Below are positions 37,288 through 46,219 of a stretch of 64,000 bases of DNA, one piece after another. The notes under the pieces were generated by a model. It had not been told where the DNA came from. It made no database searches and saw only the letters and a program-made list of their open reading frames with translations. Source of the stretch: an archaeon (GTDB taxonomy: Archaea > Nanobdellota > Nanobdellia > Pacearchaeales > GW2011-AR1); assembly GCA_043815245.1 (NCBI GenBank), contig JBDRJD010000008.1:163-64162 (forward strand). The letters are read 5' to 3'. Position numbers and translations under genes: made by a program. The stretch's first letter is position 1, and every line of letters starts with the position of its first letter.

Positions 37288-37626
37288 ATGGTTGATTCTC
37301 CAGTACATGTAAAACTTGATCATTCAGAAGCGGTAGCTGCAAAGCGAGAGTTATTGGGGGCTGAAATGGACCTTCTCCAACTTGTTCAAAGAATATCAAA
37401 CTACAGAGAAATGCGCCTCTACGAGTTAAAAAGAAAAGAAAAACTAAGACTCGCTGTAAAAAAAGCTCATTTTGAATTAAGCGCCCTTCTTAGAAAAATG
37501 CCACACGTATCAGGTAAAAAGGAATTTGTAAGAAAAGAAAAAGAAATAATCGAAGAGGGTGTAAAAAGAAGAGATATACAAGACAAACTAGCTGAAATAA
37601 GAAGAGAGCTTGAAAAATTAGGTTAA
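37288..37626 (+). CDS. Coiled-coil hypothetical protein, distant paralog of the C-half of the upstream gene
   Basis: 112 aa. PVHVKLDHSEAVAAKRELL.. parallels PIFIRIDKFEEAVETFEIV.. The start lies 1 nt after the upstream stop. Confidence 0.5.
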   Translation: MVDSPVHVKLDHSEAVAAKRELLGAEMDLLQLVQRISNYREMRLYELKRKEKLRLAVKKAHFELSALLRKMPHVSGKKEFVRKEKEIIEEGVKRRDIQDKLAEIRRELEKLG

Positions 37627-37656
37627 ATTTAAAAACATTAATCTTTTTCTGTATCA

Positions 37657-39558
37657 ATGGGAAAGTGGACTAGAAAAAAACTAATTAAAGAGTACCTTGA
37701 ATTCTTTAAAAGCAAGAACCATAAAGAGATTCCTAACTCAAGTTTAATTCCAAAAGATGATCCTACAACACTGTTCATAGGTTCAGGGGTAGAAACAATT
37801 ATCCCAAACGTTTTAGGAACACCACATCCCCTAGGGAAAAGGTTAACAAATGTTCAAAAAAGCATTAGGACGGGGGACATAGACGAAGTAGGAGACACCT
37901 CCCACCACACCTTCTTTGAAATGTTGGGAAATTGGTCTTTAGGAGATTATTGGAAAGAAGAAGCCATCAAAATGACTTTTGAATTTGTTACAAAGATCTT
38001 AAAAGTTCCTAAAGAAAGACTAGCTGCAACGTGCTTTGCAGGAGATAAAGATGCTCCAAAAGATACTGAATCAGAGGCAGTTTACTTAGAGTTAAAATTT
38101 CCTAAAGAAAGAATTGCTTTCTTACCAAAAAAAGATAACTTCTGGGGACCAGCAGGGACTACAGGTCCTTGCGGACCAAATACTGAAATGTTTTATTGGC
38201 TGCCAAATAATATTCCTGCACCAAAAAAGTTTGATCCAAAAGATAGCAAATGGCTTGAAATTGGTAACAACGTGCTAATGCAATATTACAAAGATGAAAA
38301 GGGGCATTATAAAGAACAAACTCAAAAAACCATTGATTTTGGGGGAGGAGTTGAAAGAATAATTGCGACATTAAACGGACTTGACGATAACTTCGAAGCA
38401 GATATGTGGCAACCAATTATAAGGCAAATTGAAAAGCTGTCTAAGAAAAGTTATAAAGGTAATGAAAGGTCAATGAGGATAATTGCAGACCACATAAAGG
38501 CATCTGTAATGATTCTTGCTGATGGAATGACTCCGGGCAACGCAGAGCAAGGCTATGTCTTAAGAAGGTTGATTAGAAGGGCAATTAGATATGGAAAAGA
38601 GCTTGGAATGTCAGGGAATTTTACTTCAAAAGTTGCCGGGCCTGTATTCACCATTTATGATGATTACACCCACCTAGCTAAAAACAAAAAGAAAGTTTTA
38701 GATGAGTTAGAAAAAGAAGAGAAGAAATTTGGGGAAGCTTTAGAAAAAGGATTAAATGTGACAAAAAAATTGTTTCAACAAAAAACACCTGTTGAGAAAA
38801 ATAAGTTTTTAAAATTAATGCAAAGAAAAGATAAAAATGAAATATTTAACCAAACATTTAGAAATAAGAGGAAAAAAGTCGATTACTCTATTAAAGAGAT
38901 TGACCTAATTGAAAAAGAAATAAACTCTGCAACCATAACTGGAAATGAAGCGTTCCTTTTATACCAATCATTTGGTTTTCCAATAGAAATGATCACAGAG
39001 CTTGCAAGAGAAAAAAGATTATTTGTAGATATAGAAGACTTTGAAAATGAGCTTGAAAAGCATCAAGAACTTTCGAGAACCTCTTCAGTTGGAAGATTCA
39101 AATCAGGACTAGCAGATAACTCAGAAGCTACAACTAAACTTCACACAGCAGCCCACTTGCTACTAGCAGCTTTAATTAAAGTACTCAAAGACCCAAAGAT
39201 ATTTCAAAAAGGTTCAAATATAACTCCAGAAAGATTACGTTTAGATTTTGCATTCGATAGAAAACTAACTGAAGCTGAACTTAAAGATGTAGAAGAACTT
39301 GTAAACAAGCAAATTAAGAAAAATATTTCTGTAAAAAGAGAAGAGATGACAGTAGAACAAGCAAAAAAAGCAGGCGCTCAAGGAGTATTTGAGCATAAAT
39401 ACGGAGAAAAAGTTTCTGTTTATTCAGTAGGAGATTTCAGTAAGGAGATTTGTGCAGGTCCACACGTTAAAAATACATCTGAACTCGGTAAGTTTAAAAT
39501 TAGAAAACAAGAGTCAGTTGCAGCCGGCATAAGAAGAATAAAGGCCGTATTAGAATGA
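37657..39558 (+). CDS. alaS: Alanyl-tRNA synthetase, bacterial-like and short (no C-Ala domain)
   Basis: 633 aa. FFKSKNHKEIPNSSLIPKDDPTTLF, HHTFFEMLGNWSLGDYWK, GPCGPNTEMFY, and editing-site HTAAHLL and CAGPH motifs. Confidence 0.85.
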   Translation: MGKWTRKKLIKEYLEFFKSKNHKEIPNSSLIPKDDPTTLFIGSGVETIIPNVLGTPHPLGKRLTNVQKSIRTGDIDEVGDTSHHTFFEMLGNWSLGDYWKEEAIKMTFEFVTKILKVPKERLAATCFAGDKDAPKDTESEAVYLELKFPKERIAFLPKKDNFWGPAGTTGPCGPNTEMFYWLPNNIPAPKKFDPKDSKWLEIGNNVLMQYYKDEKGHYKEQTQKTIDFGGGVERIIATLNGLDDNFEADMWQPIIRQIEKLSKKSYKGNERSMRIIADHIKASVMILADGMTPGNAEQGYVLRRLIRRAIRYGKELGMSGNFTSKVAGPVFTIYDDYTHLAKNKKKVLDELEKEEKKFGEALEKGLNVTKKLFQQKTPVEKNKFLKLMQRKDKNEIFNQTFRNKRKKVDYSIKEIDLIEKEINSATITGNEAFLLYQSFGFPIEMITELAREKRLFVDIEDFENELEKHQELSRTSSVGRFKSGLADNSEATTKLHTAAHLLLAALIKVLKDPKIFQKGSNITPERLRLDFAFDRKLTEAELKDVEELVNKQIKKNISVKREEMTVEQAKKAGAQGVFEHKYGEKVSVYSVGDFSKEICAGPHVKNTSELGKFKIRKQESVAAGIRRIKAVLE

Positions 39559-39578
39559 GATTGTTCTCTAAATTTAAT

Positions 39579-40073
39579 TTAAGCCCACTCATCACACCTT
39601 AAGCATACATGTCTACAACCTTCGGCCCCAATTTCTGCTACAATAACCATGCAAGCAAGTCTATTAATATCTTGGTCCATAAATCTATGATTTGGCCTGC
39701 CACAGTTAGACATCCCCCAACTTCCACCTTCAGCGGTGGATGTTAAAAGTTCAAATGAAATTTTATTACACTCTCTATCTTCATATCCTGAAGGATTATT
39801 CCAAGCAGAATAGTTGGTATAACTTCTACCCATTATCTTGGTATCCCCAAAATCACCATCATTAATTGCAGATTGTAGTGATTTTTCCGTGGTGCCAACC
39901 ATAACATTAAGTTCGTCTGCACTATGTCCCATCACAGAGGCATCTCCACCACTAAATCCCGCATTATAAGCATAAACATTTGTAAAACCAATTAAAAGAA
40001 CAGCCAAAGTTAAAAGAGTATAAACCCCTTTATTTGAAATACTAAATTGAATTACCACTTTTCTTAATACCAA
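39579..40073 (-). CDS. Small secreted Cys-rich protein, paralog 2 of the conserved-leader family
   Basis: The track start is TTG at 40073. A GTG at 40058 gives MVIQFSISNKGVYTLLTLAVLLIGFTNVYA, colinear with paralog 1. It shares MGHSADELNV and KSLQSAINDGDF motifs with the family. Confidence 0.6.
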   Translation of the reverse strand: MVLRKVVIQFSISNKGVYTLLTLAVLLIGFTNVYAYNAGFSGGDASVMGHSADELNVMVGTTEKSLQSAINDGDFGDTKIMGRSYTNYSAWNNPSGYEDRECNKISFELLTSTAEGGSWGMSNCGRPNHRFMDQDINRLACMVIVAEIGAEGCRHVCLRCDEWA

Positions 40074-40157
40074 TTAGAACTTACAGCTTTTATATCTTAC
40101 TATAACTTTTTAAACAAAGAATTGTAACTAGTAGTAATTAATTAGGTGGAGGTTAAA

Positions 40158-40295
40158 ATGGCAGAAGATTGTTGTATTTTTCCAAGATGCATAAAGTGTG
40201 ACAAAGGTTATTTAGTACCTTTTTCATTTAAAGAAGATGTCTTTGAAAAATGGAAATGCACAGAATGTGGATTCACAGTAGATAAGAGGAGTTAA
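40158..40295 (+). CDS. 45-aa zinc-ribbon miniprotein (not in the ORF track)
   Basis: MAEDCCIFPRCIKCDKGYLVPFSFKEDVFEKWKCTECGFTVDKRS. CxxC..x19..CxxC. GGTGGAGG Shine-Dalgarno-like sequence 6-13 nt upstream of the ATG. Confidence 0.55.
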   Translation: MAEDCCIFPRCIKCDKGYLVPFSFKEDVFEKWKCTECGFTVDKRS

Positions 40296-40314
40296 TCTTC
40301 CTCTTTTCTTTTCC

Positions 40315-42762
40315 CTACTCAATGAAGATAGCAGGCTTCCCAGGCTTAGCCTTTTTTGCTTTATTCTCAGGGTCATATTTATTCTTATCAGATACAGAAT
40401 AAACAGTGATTCCTTCAAGATCCTTATAAAATTCAATTTCTTTTGGAAGAACATACACATAAGTCTTACTTTCTTGTTTGTTCAGTATCCTCTTAATATT
40501 ATTAATGTCCTGTCTTAGTTTATCTACAGCTTCTTCTTGTTTGTCAAATTTTTCTTCAATCTTCTTCTCATCAAATTTAGGCCAGCACTCACTTGAAAGT
40601 AACTTTTTATTTCCCAACTTGTTCCATAGCTCTTCAGTAATATGCGGGCAAAAGAGATGAAGCAATTTCAAGAATCCTGCCAAAATGTCTTTACTCTCCT
40701 TTTCACTTAAGGAATCAAACAACTCTCTTATCTTAATTATTGCAAAATTATATCTAAAAATTTCAATATCCTCAGTCACTTCTTTAACAGTTTTATTAAA
40801 CTTACTCTCAATCCTCTCACTAGATTTCCCAATTTTAACTGTGTCAAAATAACTTATAACCTTATTAATAAATCTCATGCTTCCCTGAATCCCCTTATCG
40901 CTCCACCCAATGTCTTTATCGGGAGATGCAATCGACATTAAAAACAGCCTAGCAGTATCAATGCCATACTTTTTACTAATCTCTTCAGGTAACACCACAT
41001 TACCTCTGCTCTTAGACATAACATAACCATCGCTTCCATGTAACATCCCCTGATTAAACAACCTAGTAAAAGGTTCATTAAATTTCACATATCCCAAGTC
41101 TCTCAAAGCCTTTGTAAAAAACCTTGCATAAAGCAAATGCATACACGCATGTTCCGCCCCGCCAATATACTGATCAACAGGCAGCCAATAACCAATTTTC
41201 TTTTTGTCAAGAGGCTCCTTAGTATTTTTATTGTCAGCGTATCTCATGTAATACCAACTTGAGTCAAAGAAGGTATCCATTGTATCTGTCTCTCTCCTCG
41301 CCCCACCCTTACAATTAGGACATTTCACATTAACAAATTCCTCATTAGTAGCAAGCGGATTTCCTTTGCCAAACTTAACTTTTTCTGGCAGTTTTACAGG
41401 GAGATCTTTCTCAGGAACAGGCACAACTCCACATTTAGCACAATAAATAATGGGTATGGGAGTTCCCCAGTATCTCTGCCTTGAAACCAACCAGTCTTTC
41501 AACTTGTAGTTAACCGTTTTTTTACCATGTCCAATTTCCACAGTATAATCTGCTACTGCCTCTTTAGCCTTAGCCGCATCCATCCCACTAAACTTCCCCG
41601 CATTTACCATTGTTCCAACAGATAGGTCTGTATAAGCCTGGTTCATCTTCTTAGGATCCAACTTTTTCCCGGGGGGATTAATTACCGGATAAAATCCCAA
41701 ATCATACTTTTTAGCAAATTCAAAATCTCTCTGATCATGTGTAGGCGTGCACTTTACAATTCCAGTACCATAATCCATAATTGCAAAGTTAGCAATAAAC
41801 AAAGGCATCTTCCTATCATTTAAATGATTTTTTACATACCTTCCTATAAAAAATCCTTCTTTCTGTTTATCTGTATTTGTAGGGTCCTCAATCCTAAATC
41901 TTTTGCACTTTTCAATAAATTTCTTTGCGTCTTTTTCATATTTTGTCCCCTTAACTAGCTCTAAAACAATAGGATGCTCAGGTGCAATAACCATAAAAGA
42001 CGCACCATAGGTAGTATGGGGCATAGTAGTAAATGAAGAAAGTTTCATATTCATTCCTTCCACTTCCCACTCTTCAATAACTCCTTCACTTTTACCTATC
42101 CAGTTTTTCTGCATAATCTTAATTCTATCCGGCCACTCTAGCTTATCTGTATACTCCAAAAGCTCATCAGCATACTCTGTAGTTTTTATAAACCACTGTT
42201 CTAAATCTTTAATTTCAACTTCAGTGTCGGCATGTCTCCAACACCTTCCATTGTGTACCTGCTCATTTGCAAGCACAGTATCACATTTCTTACAAAAGTT
42301 TACTGGCGCCTTTTTCCTATACACTAGACCCTTTTCTAAAAATTTTAAAAAGAACATCTGATTCCATTTATAATAATTAAGGTCGTGGCTCATTAGCATC
42401 TTATCCCAATCATAACTCAATCCTAGCCTCTTCTGCTGTTGTATAAAACTTTTTATAGCTTTCTCAGTATAAGTCTTAGGATTTTCCTTAGCCTGAATAG
42501 CAGCATTTTCAGCAGGCAATCCAAAAGAATCATACCCCATAGGGTACAATACGGAAAACCCATTCATTCTCTTAAACCTAGCATAAATATCTCCCACAGT
42601 ATAATTAAAAGCATGACCCATATGCAAACCACTCCCTGAAGGATAAGGGTACATCTCAAGAACATAAAACTTCTTACCCCCCTCTTTAGACTTGAAAACC
42701 TTGCTGGTTTCCCATTTATCCTGCCATTTTTTCTCTATCCTAGCAAAATCCACTTTTTCCAT
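40315..42762 (-). CDS. leuS: Leucyl-tRNA synthetase, bacterial type
   Basis: 815 aa. YPYPSGSGLHMGH (HIGH), GYDSFGLPAENAA, VLANEQV..GRCWRH, VMSKSRGNVV (KMSKS). Colinear with bacterial LeuRS from the N-terminus. Confidence 0.9.
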   Translation of the reverse strand: MEKVDFARIEKKWQDKWETSKVFKSKEGGKKFYVLEMYPYPSGSGLHMGHAFNYTVGDIYARFKRMNGFSVLYPMGYDSFGLPAENAAIQAKENPKTYTEKAIKSFIQQQKRLGLSYDWDKMLMSHDLNYYKWNQMFFLKFLEKGLVYRKKAPVNFCKKCDTVLANEQVHNGRCWRHADTEVEIKDLEQWFIKTTEYADELLEYTDKLEWPDRIKIMQKNWIGKSEGVIEEWEVEGMNMKLSSFTTMPHTTYGASFMVIAPEHPIVLELVKGTKYEKDAKKFIEKCKRFRIEDPTNTDKQKEGFFIGRYVKNHLNDRKMPLFIANFAIMDYGTGIVKCTPTHDQRDFEFAKKYDLGFYPVINPPGKKLDPKKMNQAYTDLSVGTMVNAGKFSGMDAAKAKEAVADYTVEIGHGKKTVNYKLKDWLVSRQRYWGTPIPIIYCAKCGVVPVPEKDLPVKLPEKVKFGKGNPLATNEEFVNVKCPNCKGGARRETDTMDTFFDSSWYYMRYADNKNTKEPLDKKKIGYWLPVDQYIGGAEHACMHLLYARFFTKALRDLGYVKFNEPFTRLFNQGMLHGSDGYVMSKSRGNVVLPEEISKKYGIDTARLFLMSIASPDKDIGWSDKGIQGSMRFINKVISYFDTVKIGKSSERIESKFNKTVKEVTEDIEIFRYNFAIIKIRELFDSLSEKESKDILAGFLKLLHLFCPHITEELWNKLGNKKLLSSECWPKFDEKKIEEKFDKQEEAVDKLRQDINNIKRILNKQESKTYVYVLPKEIEFYKDLEGITVYSVSDKNKYDPENKAKKAKPGKPAIFIE

Positions 42763-42789
42763 TTTATTAAGTACAAATTTCAGTTTAAA

Positions 42790-43068
42790 TTACTTACTAT
42801 CATTACTAGGCAAATAATTCTCTAGTCCCTGACTCTTTCTAGCCCTATATGCCTCTAAGTCCTCCCCAACTACTGCGTCCATTTCAATTGTGTACTCCCC
42901 ATTAATACTCTCCAAAAAGTAAGCAAGGCCCTTAATACTTTTTCTTTTTCCTTCTTCAAAGAAAAAGCCAGATTTTTCAGGCACTTCCTTACGCACCTCA
43001 TACCAGATAGTAGCTACTCCCCTTTCCTTTCTTCTCCCCCTTAACTTTACAATTTGTATTCTTTCCAT
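42790..43068 (-). CDS. Hypothetical protein (92 aa)
   Basis: ATG preceded by AAGGGGAG. No recognisable motif. Confidence 0.45.
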   Translation of the reverse strand: MERIQIVKLRGRRKERGVATIWYEVRKEVPEKSGFFFEEGKRKSIKGLAYFLESINGEYTIEMDAVVGEDLEAYRARKSQGLENYLPSNDSK

Positions 43069-43262
43069 TCTTCTCCCCTTGTAGCGCTAACTTAATGATA
43101 AGAAACACATATCAATTGAATAGATAAAAATTGAAATGTGTTAGTTTATAACACAGGAAGAACTACAGGTAAAACCACTAAAGTCAGGTTCAAATTGCTT
43201 TTAGCCTTAGCAGTTAACATATCAACAAGACTTACTCGGACTTTAAAAATCTTTCCCCGAGA

Positions 43263-44105
43263 TTACTTTCCAAAAAAGTATTTTTTAACAAACTCAAAGT
43301 AAAATATTCTCAAATAAGCAACAAAGAACAACCAAAAAACATAGGCCACCACTATCAACGTGTAGGAAGAATAAGATTTAGTTACAATGGTATAATAAAG
43401 ATTTGTCAATAAATCAGACAGAGATTGGCTAGAAAAAATCTTAAACATAGCAAAAACTAGTAGCACATAAGCTAGAACAATCACTCCAAAATAAATCAAA
43501 ATAATCAAAAACCTGTGTACTTTCACAGCATTCAATATACCTTTTTTCAAACTATCCCTCAACTTGTTCGTAATAATCAAACTGACAACAGAAAAGTAAT
43601 ATATATTTAACATAAAAATAAAGATAACTAAGTAGATGCCCCCCCTAAGATCGATACCATTGTATACTAAAGAAGTAATAACCGGTAAGGAGATAATTAA
43701 AAATGCTAAGAACAATATCCTTAGCACAAGGAACCTAGTTCTAAAAAAAGATTTAAATTTTTTCTGGGAAATCACTTGCCACATCACTCCCTTAAAAAAA
43801 CCTCTGAATAAAAATAACAATAATCCCGTTAGGCTAGCAGTTAAAGCTGCAGCTAACAACAACTTATTAACAAAATCTGAAGCATCTTCAAACTGAAAAA
43901 GGCCAGCTAAACCCCCAGCCCCCCCAATAAAGTTTAGTAGCTTAGAAAGAATAATAATAAAAACTGTAACCATCAATAAGGCTGTAAAAGCGGAGCTTAA
44001 AGCATTTAAAAAAAGAGATTTCCAATATCTCTTATCCAGCTTTGTCTTTGAAAAAGCTACCTTAAAAGACTTTAGCTGGTTACTCCTTTTCACCTTCTTT
44101 TTCAT
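43263..44105 (-). CDS. Polytopic membrane protein, unknown function
   Basis: 280 aa, about 6 hydrophobic helices, basic N-terminus. Confidence 0.5.
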   Translation of the reverse strand: MKKKVKRSNQLKSFKVAFSKTKLDKRYWKSLFLNALSSAFTALLMVTVFIIILSKLLNFIGGAGGLAGLFQFEDASDFVNKLLLAAALTASLTGLLLFLFRGFFKGVMWQVISQKKFKSFFRTRFLVLRILFLAFLIISLPVITSLVYNGIDLRGGIYLVIFIFMLNIYYFSVVSLIITNKLRDSLKKGILNAVKVHRFLIILIYFGVIVLAYVLLVFAMFKIFSSQSLSDLLTNLYYTIVTKSYSSYTLIVVAYVFWLFFVAYLRIFYFEFVKKYFFGK

Positions 44106-44155
44106 ACTCTTATATAAACCCTCATATTTAAAAATATGCTCCTCTTCAAATATGC

Positions 44156-44674
44156 ATGGAAAAAATTAAAGCTACACTCAAGGGAAGTACAATTTCCAGT
44201 AATAAAAAAGAAGCTCAACAACTCTGCAGCAAATCCTGTTTTGGAGAGCCTAAAAGTGGAAAGGTATACTATTCCTTAGTCGAAGCCTTATTTTTACTTG
44301 AAAATAAAAAACTCGAGCTTACAGAAAAAAGCAAAAAAGTCACATTTGAAAAACTGATGCAAATAAGTGAAAAAAGTGATAAAAAAATTAGGATTAAGTA
44401 CTCGGTGTTTAGAGACATGCGTAAAAAAGGCTACATTGTAAAAACAGCTTTAAAGTTCGGAGCCGAATACAGAGTATACGGCAAAGGTTGTAGACCGGGA
44501 AAGGGCCACGCTAAGTGGATTCTCTATCCAGTATCAGAATCAATTAGACTCACTTGGCACGATTTTTCAGCTAAAAGTCGAGTAGCTCACTCTACACGAA
44601 AAAACCTACTAATCGCGGTAGTAGACGAAGAACTTGATATTACATACTATGAAATATCCTGGATGAAGCCATAA
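44156..44674 (+). CDS. endA: tRNA-splicing endonuclease (short, homotetramer-type)
   Basis: 172 aa. C-terminal catalytic domain FGAEYRVYGKG..GHAKWILYPV with conserved Tyr/His/Lys positions. Confidence 0.75.
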   Translation: MEKIKATLKGSTISSNKKEAQQLCSKSCFGEPKSGKVYYSLVEALFLLENKKLELTEKSKKVTFEKLMQISEKSDKKIRIKYSVFRDMRKKGYIVKTALKFGAEYRVYGKGCRPGKGHAKWILYPVSESIRLTWHDFSAKSRVAHSTRKNLLIAVVDEELDITYYEISWMKP

Positions 44675-44705
44675 AATTTATAATGTCCTTATTCTTGGTC
44701 TTAAA

Positions 44706-45599
44706 ATGTCAGAAGAACTACAAGGTAAAAAAATTCCTGAGATCAAAAATCAGATAAAAAGTATAATACGGTTAAGGGGGCCTTCTCTACCAGTGCATAT
44801 TTCACGTGAAGTTGGAGTAAGCATGTTATTTTCCGGGGCTTTTCTTTCTGAATTACTCTCTGAAAAAGCTCTTAAAATAAGCTGTATGAGGGTCGGTGGA
44901 TCGCCCCTTTACTTCCAACCAGGTCAAGAACCAATGTTAGAAGGGTTCCATACCTACCTTCCAAAAAAAGAAAAAGAAGCATTCCTCCTGCTTAAAGAGA
45001 AAAGCATATTGAAAGACACTAAATTAGAACCAGCCATAAGAGTGGCCCTAAGAAGCATTAAAGATTTTGCAGTACCAACTAAAAAAGACAATGAGATATT
45101 CTGGAGATACTTCTTACTAAGCGAAAACGAAGCTAGAGAAAAAATAATCTCCACATTTCAAAAAAAGCAGTTAGAAATAGTTCCGAAGCAAGAGATTGAG
45201 GAAGTTAAGCCTTTGAAGATACAAGATGCAGGCAAAGAACTGAATATTTTCGACAAACCAAAGAAAAAAACCAGGAGAAAAAAGCAGGTTCAAAAACAAG
45301 ATAATAAATTCTTTGACAAAGTTAAGTCACACCTAGCCAAAAACTCAATTCAGATGATAGATTTAGAAGATTTCAGTAATAATAAGATAATCCTACGCGT
45401 AAGCAATAAAGGAAAAGAAGAACTTTTAATAGCCTACAATAAAAAGAGAATAAACGACTTTGATCTTATAAACGCGCACAAAAAGGCAAAAAATCTACAT
45501 CTTCCTTACTCAGTTGTCTCTCTAGGCGAACCCTTAAAAAAGTTAGATAGCTTAATCGAGGCAATAAAAGCGCTTTCAGACATAAACAAAATAGAATAA
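44706..45599 (+). CDS. Hypothetical protein with a possible N-terminal winged-helix and a basic middle region
   Basis: 297 aa. The N-terminal ~120 aa look wHTH-like (LPVHISREVGVSMLFSGAFLSELL). KKKTRRKKQVQK basic patch. No confident family assignment. Confidence 0.45.
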   Translation: MSEELQGKKIPEIKNQIKSIIRLRGPSLPVHISREVGVSMLFSGAFLSELLSEKALKISCMRVGGSPLYFQPGQEPMLEGFHTYLPKKEKEAFLLLKEKSILKDTKLEPAIRVALRSIKDFAVPTKKDNEIFWRYFLLSENEAREKIISTFQKKQLEIVPKQEIEEVKPLKIQDAGKELNIFDKPKKKTRRKKQVQKQDNKFFDKVKSHLAKNSIQMIDLEDFSNNKIILRVSNKGKEELLIAYNKKRINDFDLINAHKKAKNLHLPYSVVSLGEPLKKLDSLIEAIKALSDINKIE

Positions 45600-45633
45600 A
45601 AAACTTTAAATAGGCCGATATCCAGCTAACAAA

Positions 45634-45840
45634 ATGGGACGCATCAAATCAACCCTTATAAAAAGAACATCTAACCAACTGTTAGATGATGATAAAGAAG
45701 AGTTCAGTACAAGTTTTGAAGATAATAAGAAAATGCTAGGCGACACTATGCCAAGTAAAAGCATTAGAAACAAAATAGCTGGGTACATTGGAAGGTTGAA
45801 AAAAATGCAAGCTAAAGAAGCAGTTAATGCTAAGCAGTAG
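45634..45840 (+). CDS. rps17e: Ribosomal protein eS17 (S17e)
   Basis: 68 aa. N-terminus MGRIKSTLIKRTSNQLL is typical of S17e. Confidence 0.8.
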   Translation: MGRIKSTLIKRTSNQLLDDDKEEFSTSFEDNKKMLGDTMPSKSIRNKIAGYIGRLKKMQAKEAVNAKQ

Positions 45841-45870
45841 CTTAAATTACTTAAATAACGTGGAGGAAAA

Positions 45871-46182
45871 ATGGCAGAAGAAAAGCAAAAACAAGTAAAG
45901 TCAGATGACAACGTTGTCTTCATAGGGAACAAGCCTTTTATGAACTATGTCACAGGTGTAGTGATGCAATTTACAACAAAAGGCAGCAAAGAAGTGGTTG
46001 TAAAAGCTAGGGGCAAGTTTATCTCAAGAGCAGTTGATGTCGCAGAAGTTGCAAGTAAGAGATTTCTAAAAGAACACAACATAGGAGTAAAGGATATAAA
46101 AATTGATTCCGAAGAGTTTGAAAACAAAGAAGGCAGAAAAGTCAACGTTTCAACATTAGAAATTACTCTTGCAAAGAAGTAA
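45871..46182 (+). CDS. albA: Alba DNA/RNA-binding protein
   Basis: 103 aa. NVVFIGNKPFMNYVTGVVMQF..VVVKARGKFISRAVDVAEV matches the Alba fold pattern. Confidence 0.85.
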   Translation: MAEEKQKQVKSDDNVVFIGNKPFMNYVTGVVMQFTTKGSKEVVVKARGKFISRAVDVAEVASKRFLKEHNIGVKDIKIDSEEFENKEGRKVNVSTLEITLAKK

Positions 46183-46187
46183 GGTCT

Positions 46188-46212
46188 CTTTTTATTTTTC
46201 TTTTTTCTTTTT
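46188..46212 (+). terminator. Oligo-T tract downstream of albA (archaeal-type terminator candidate)
   Basis: ctctttttatttttcttttttcttttt lies immediately after the albA stop, between convergent genes. Confidence 0.4.
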
Positions 46213-46219
46213 AATTACC

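Noticed and set aside
40224-40460. Track ORF 40224-40460 (-)
   Set aside because: It overlaps the leuS 3' end in another frame and is antisense to the better-supported 45-aa zinc-ribbon ORF.
43081-43200. C/D-box sRNA in the long spacer
   Set aside because: Only imperfect box-like strings are present (aATGATAa, CTGA), without the paired C/D and C'/D' arrangement or terminal stem.
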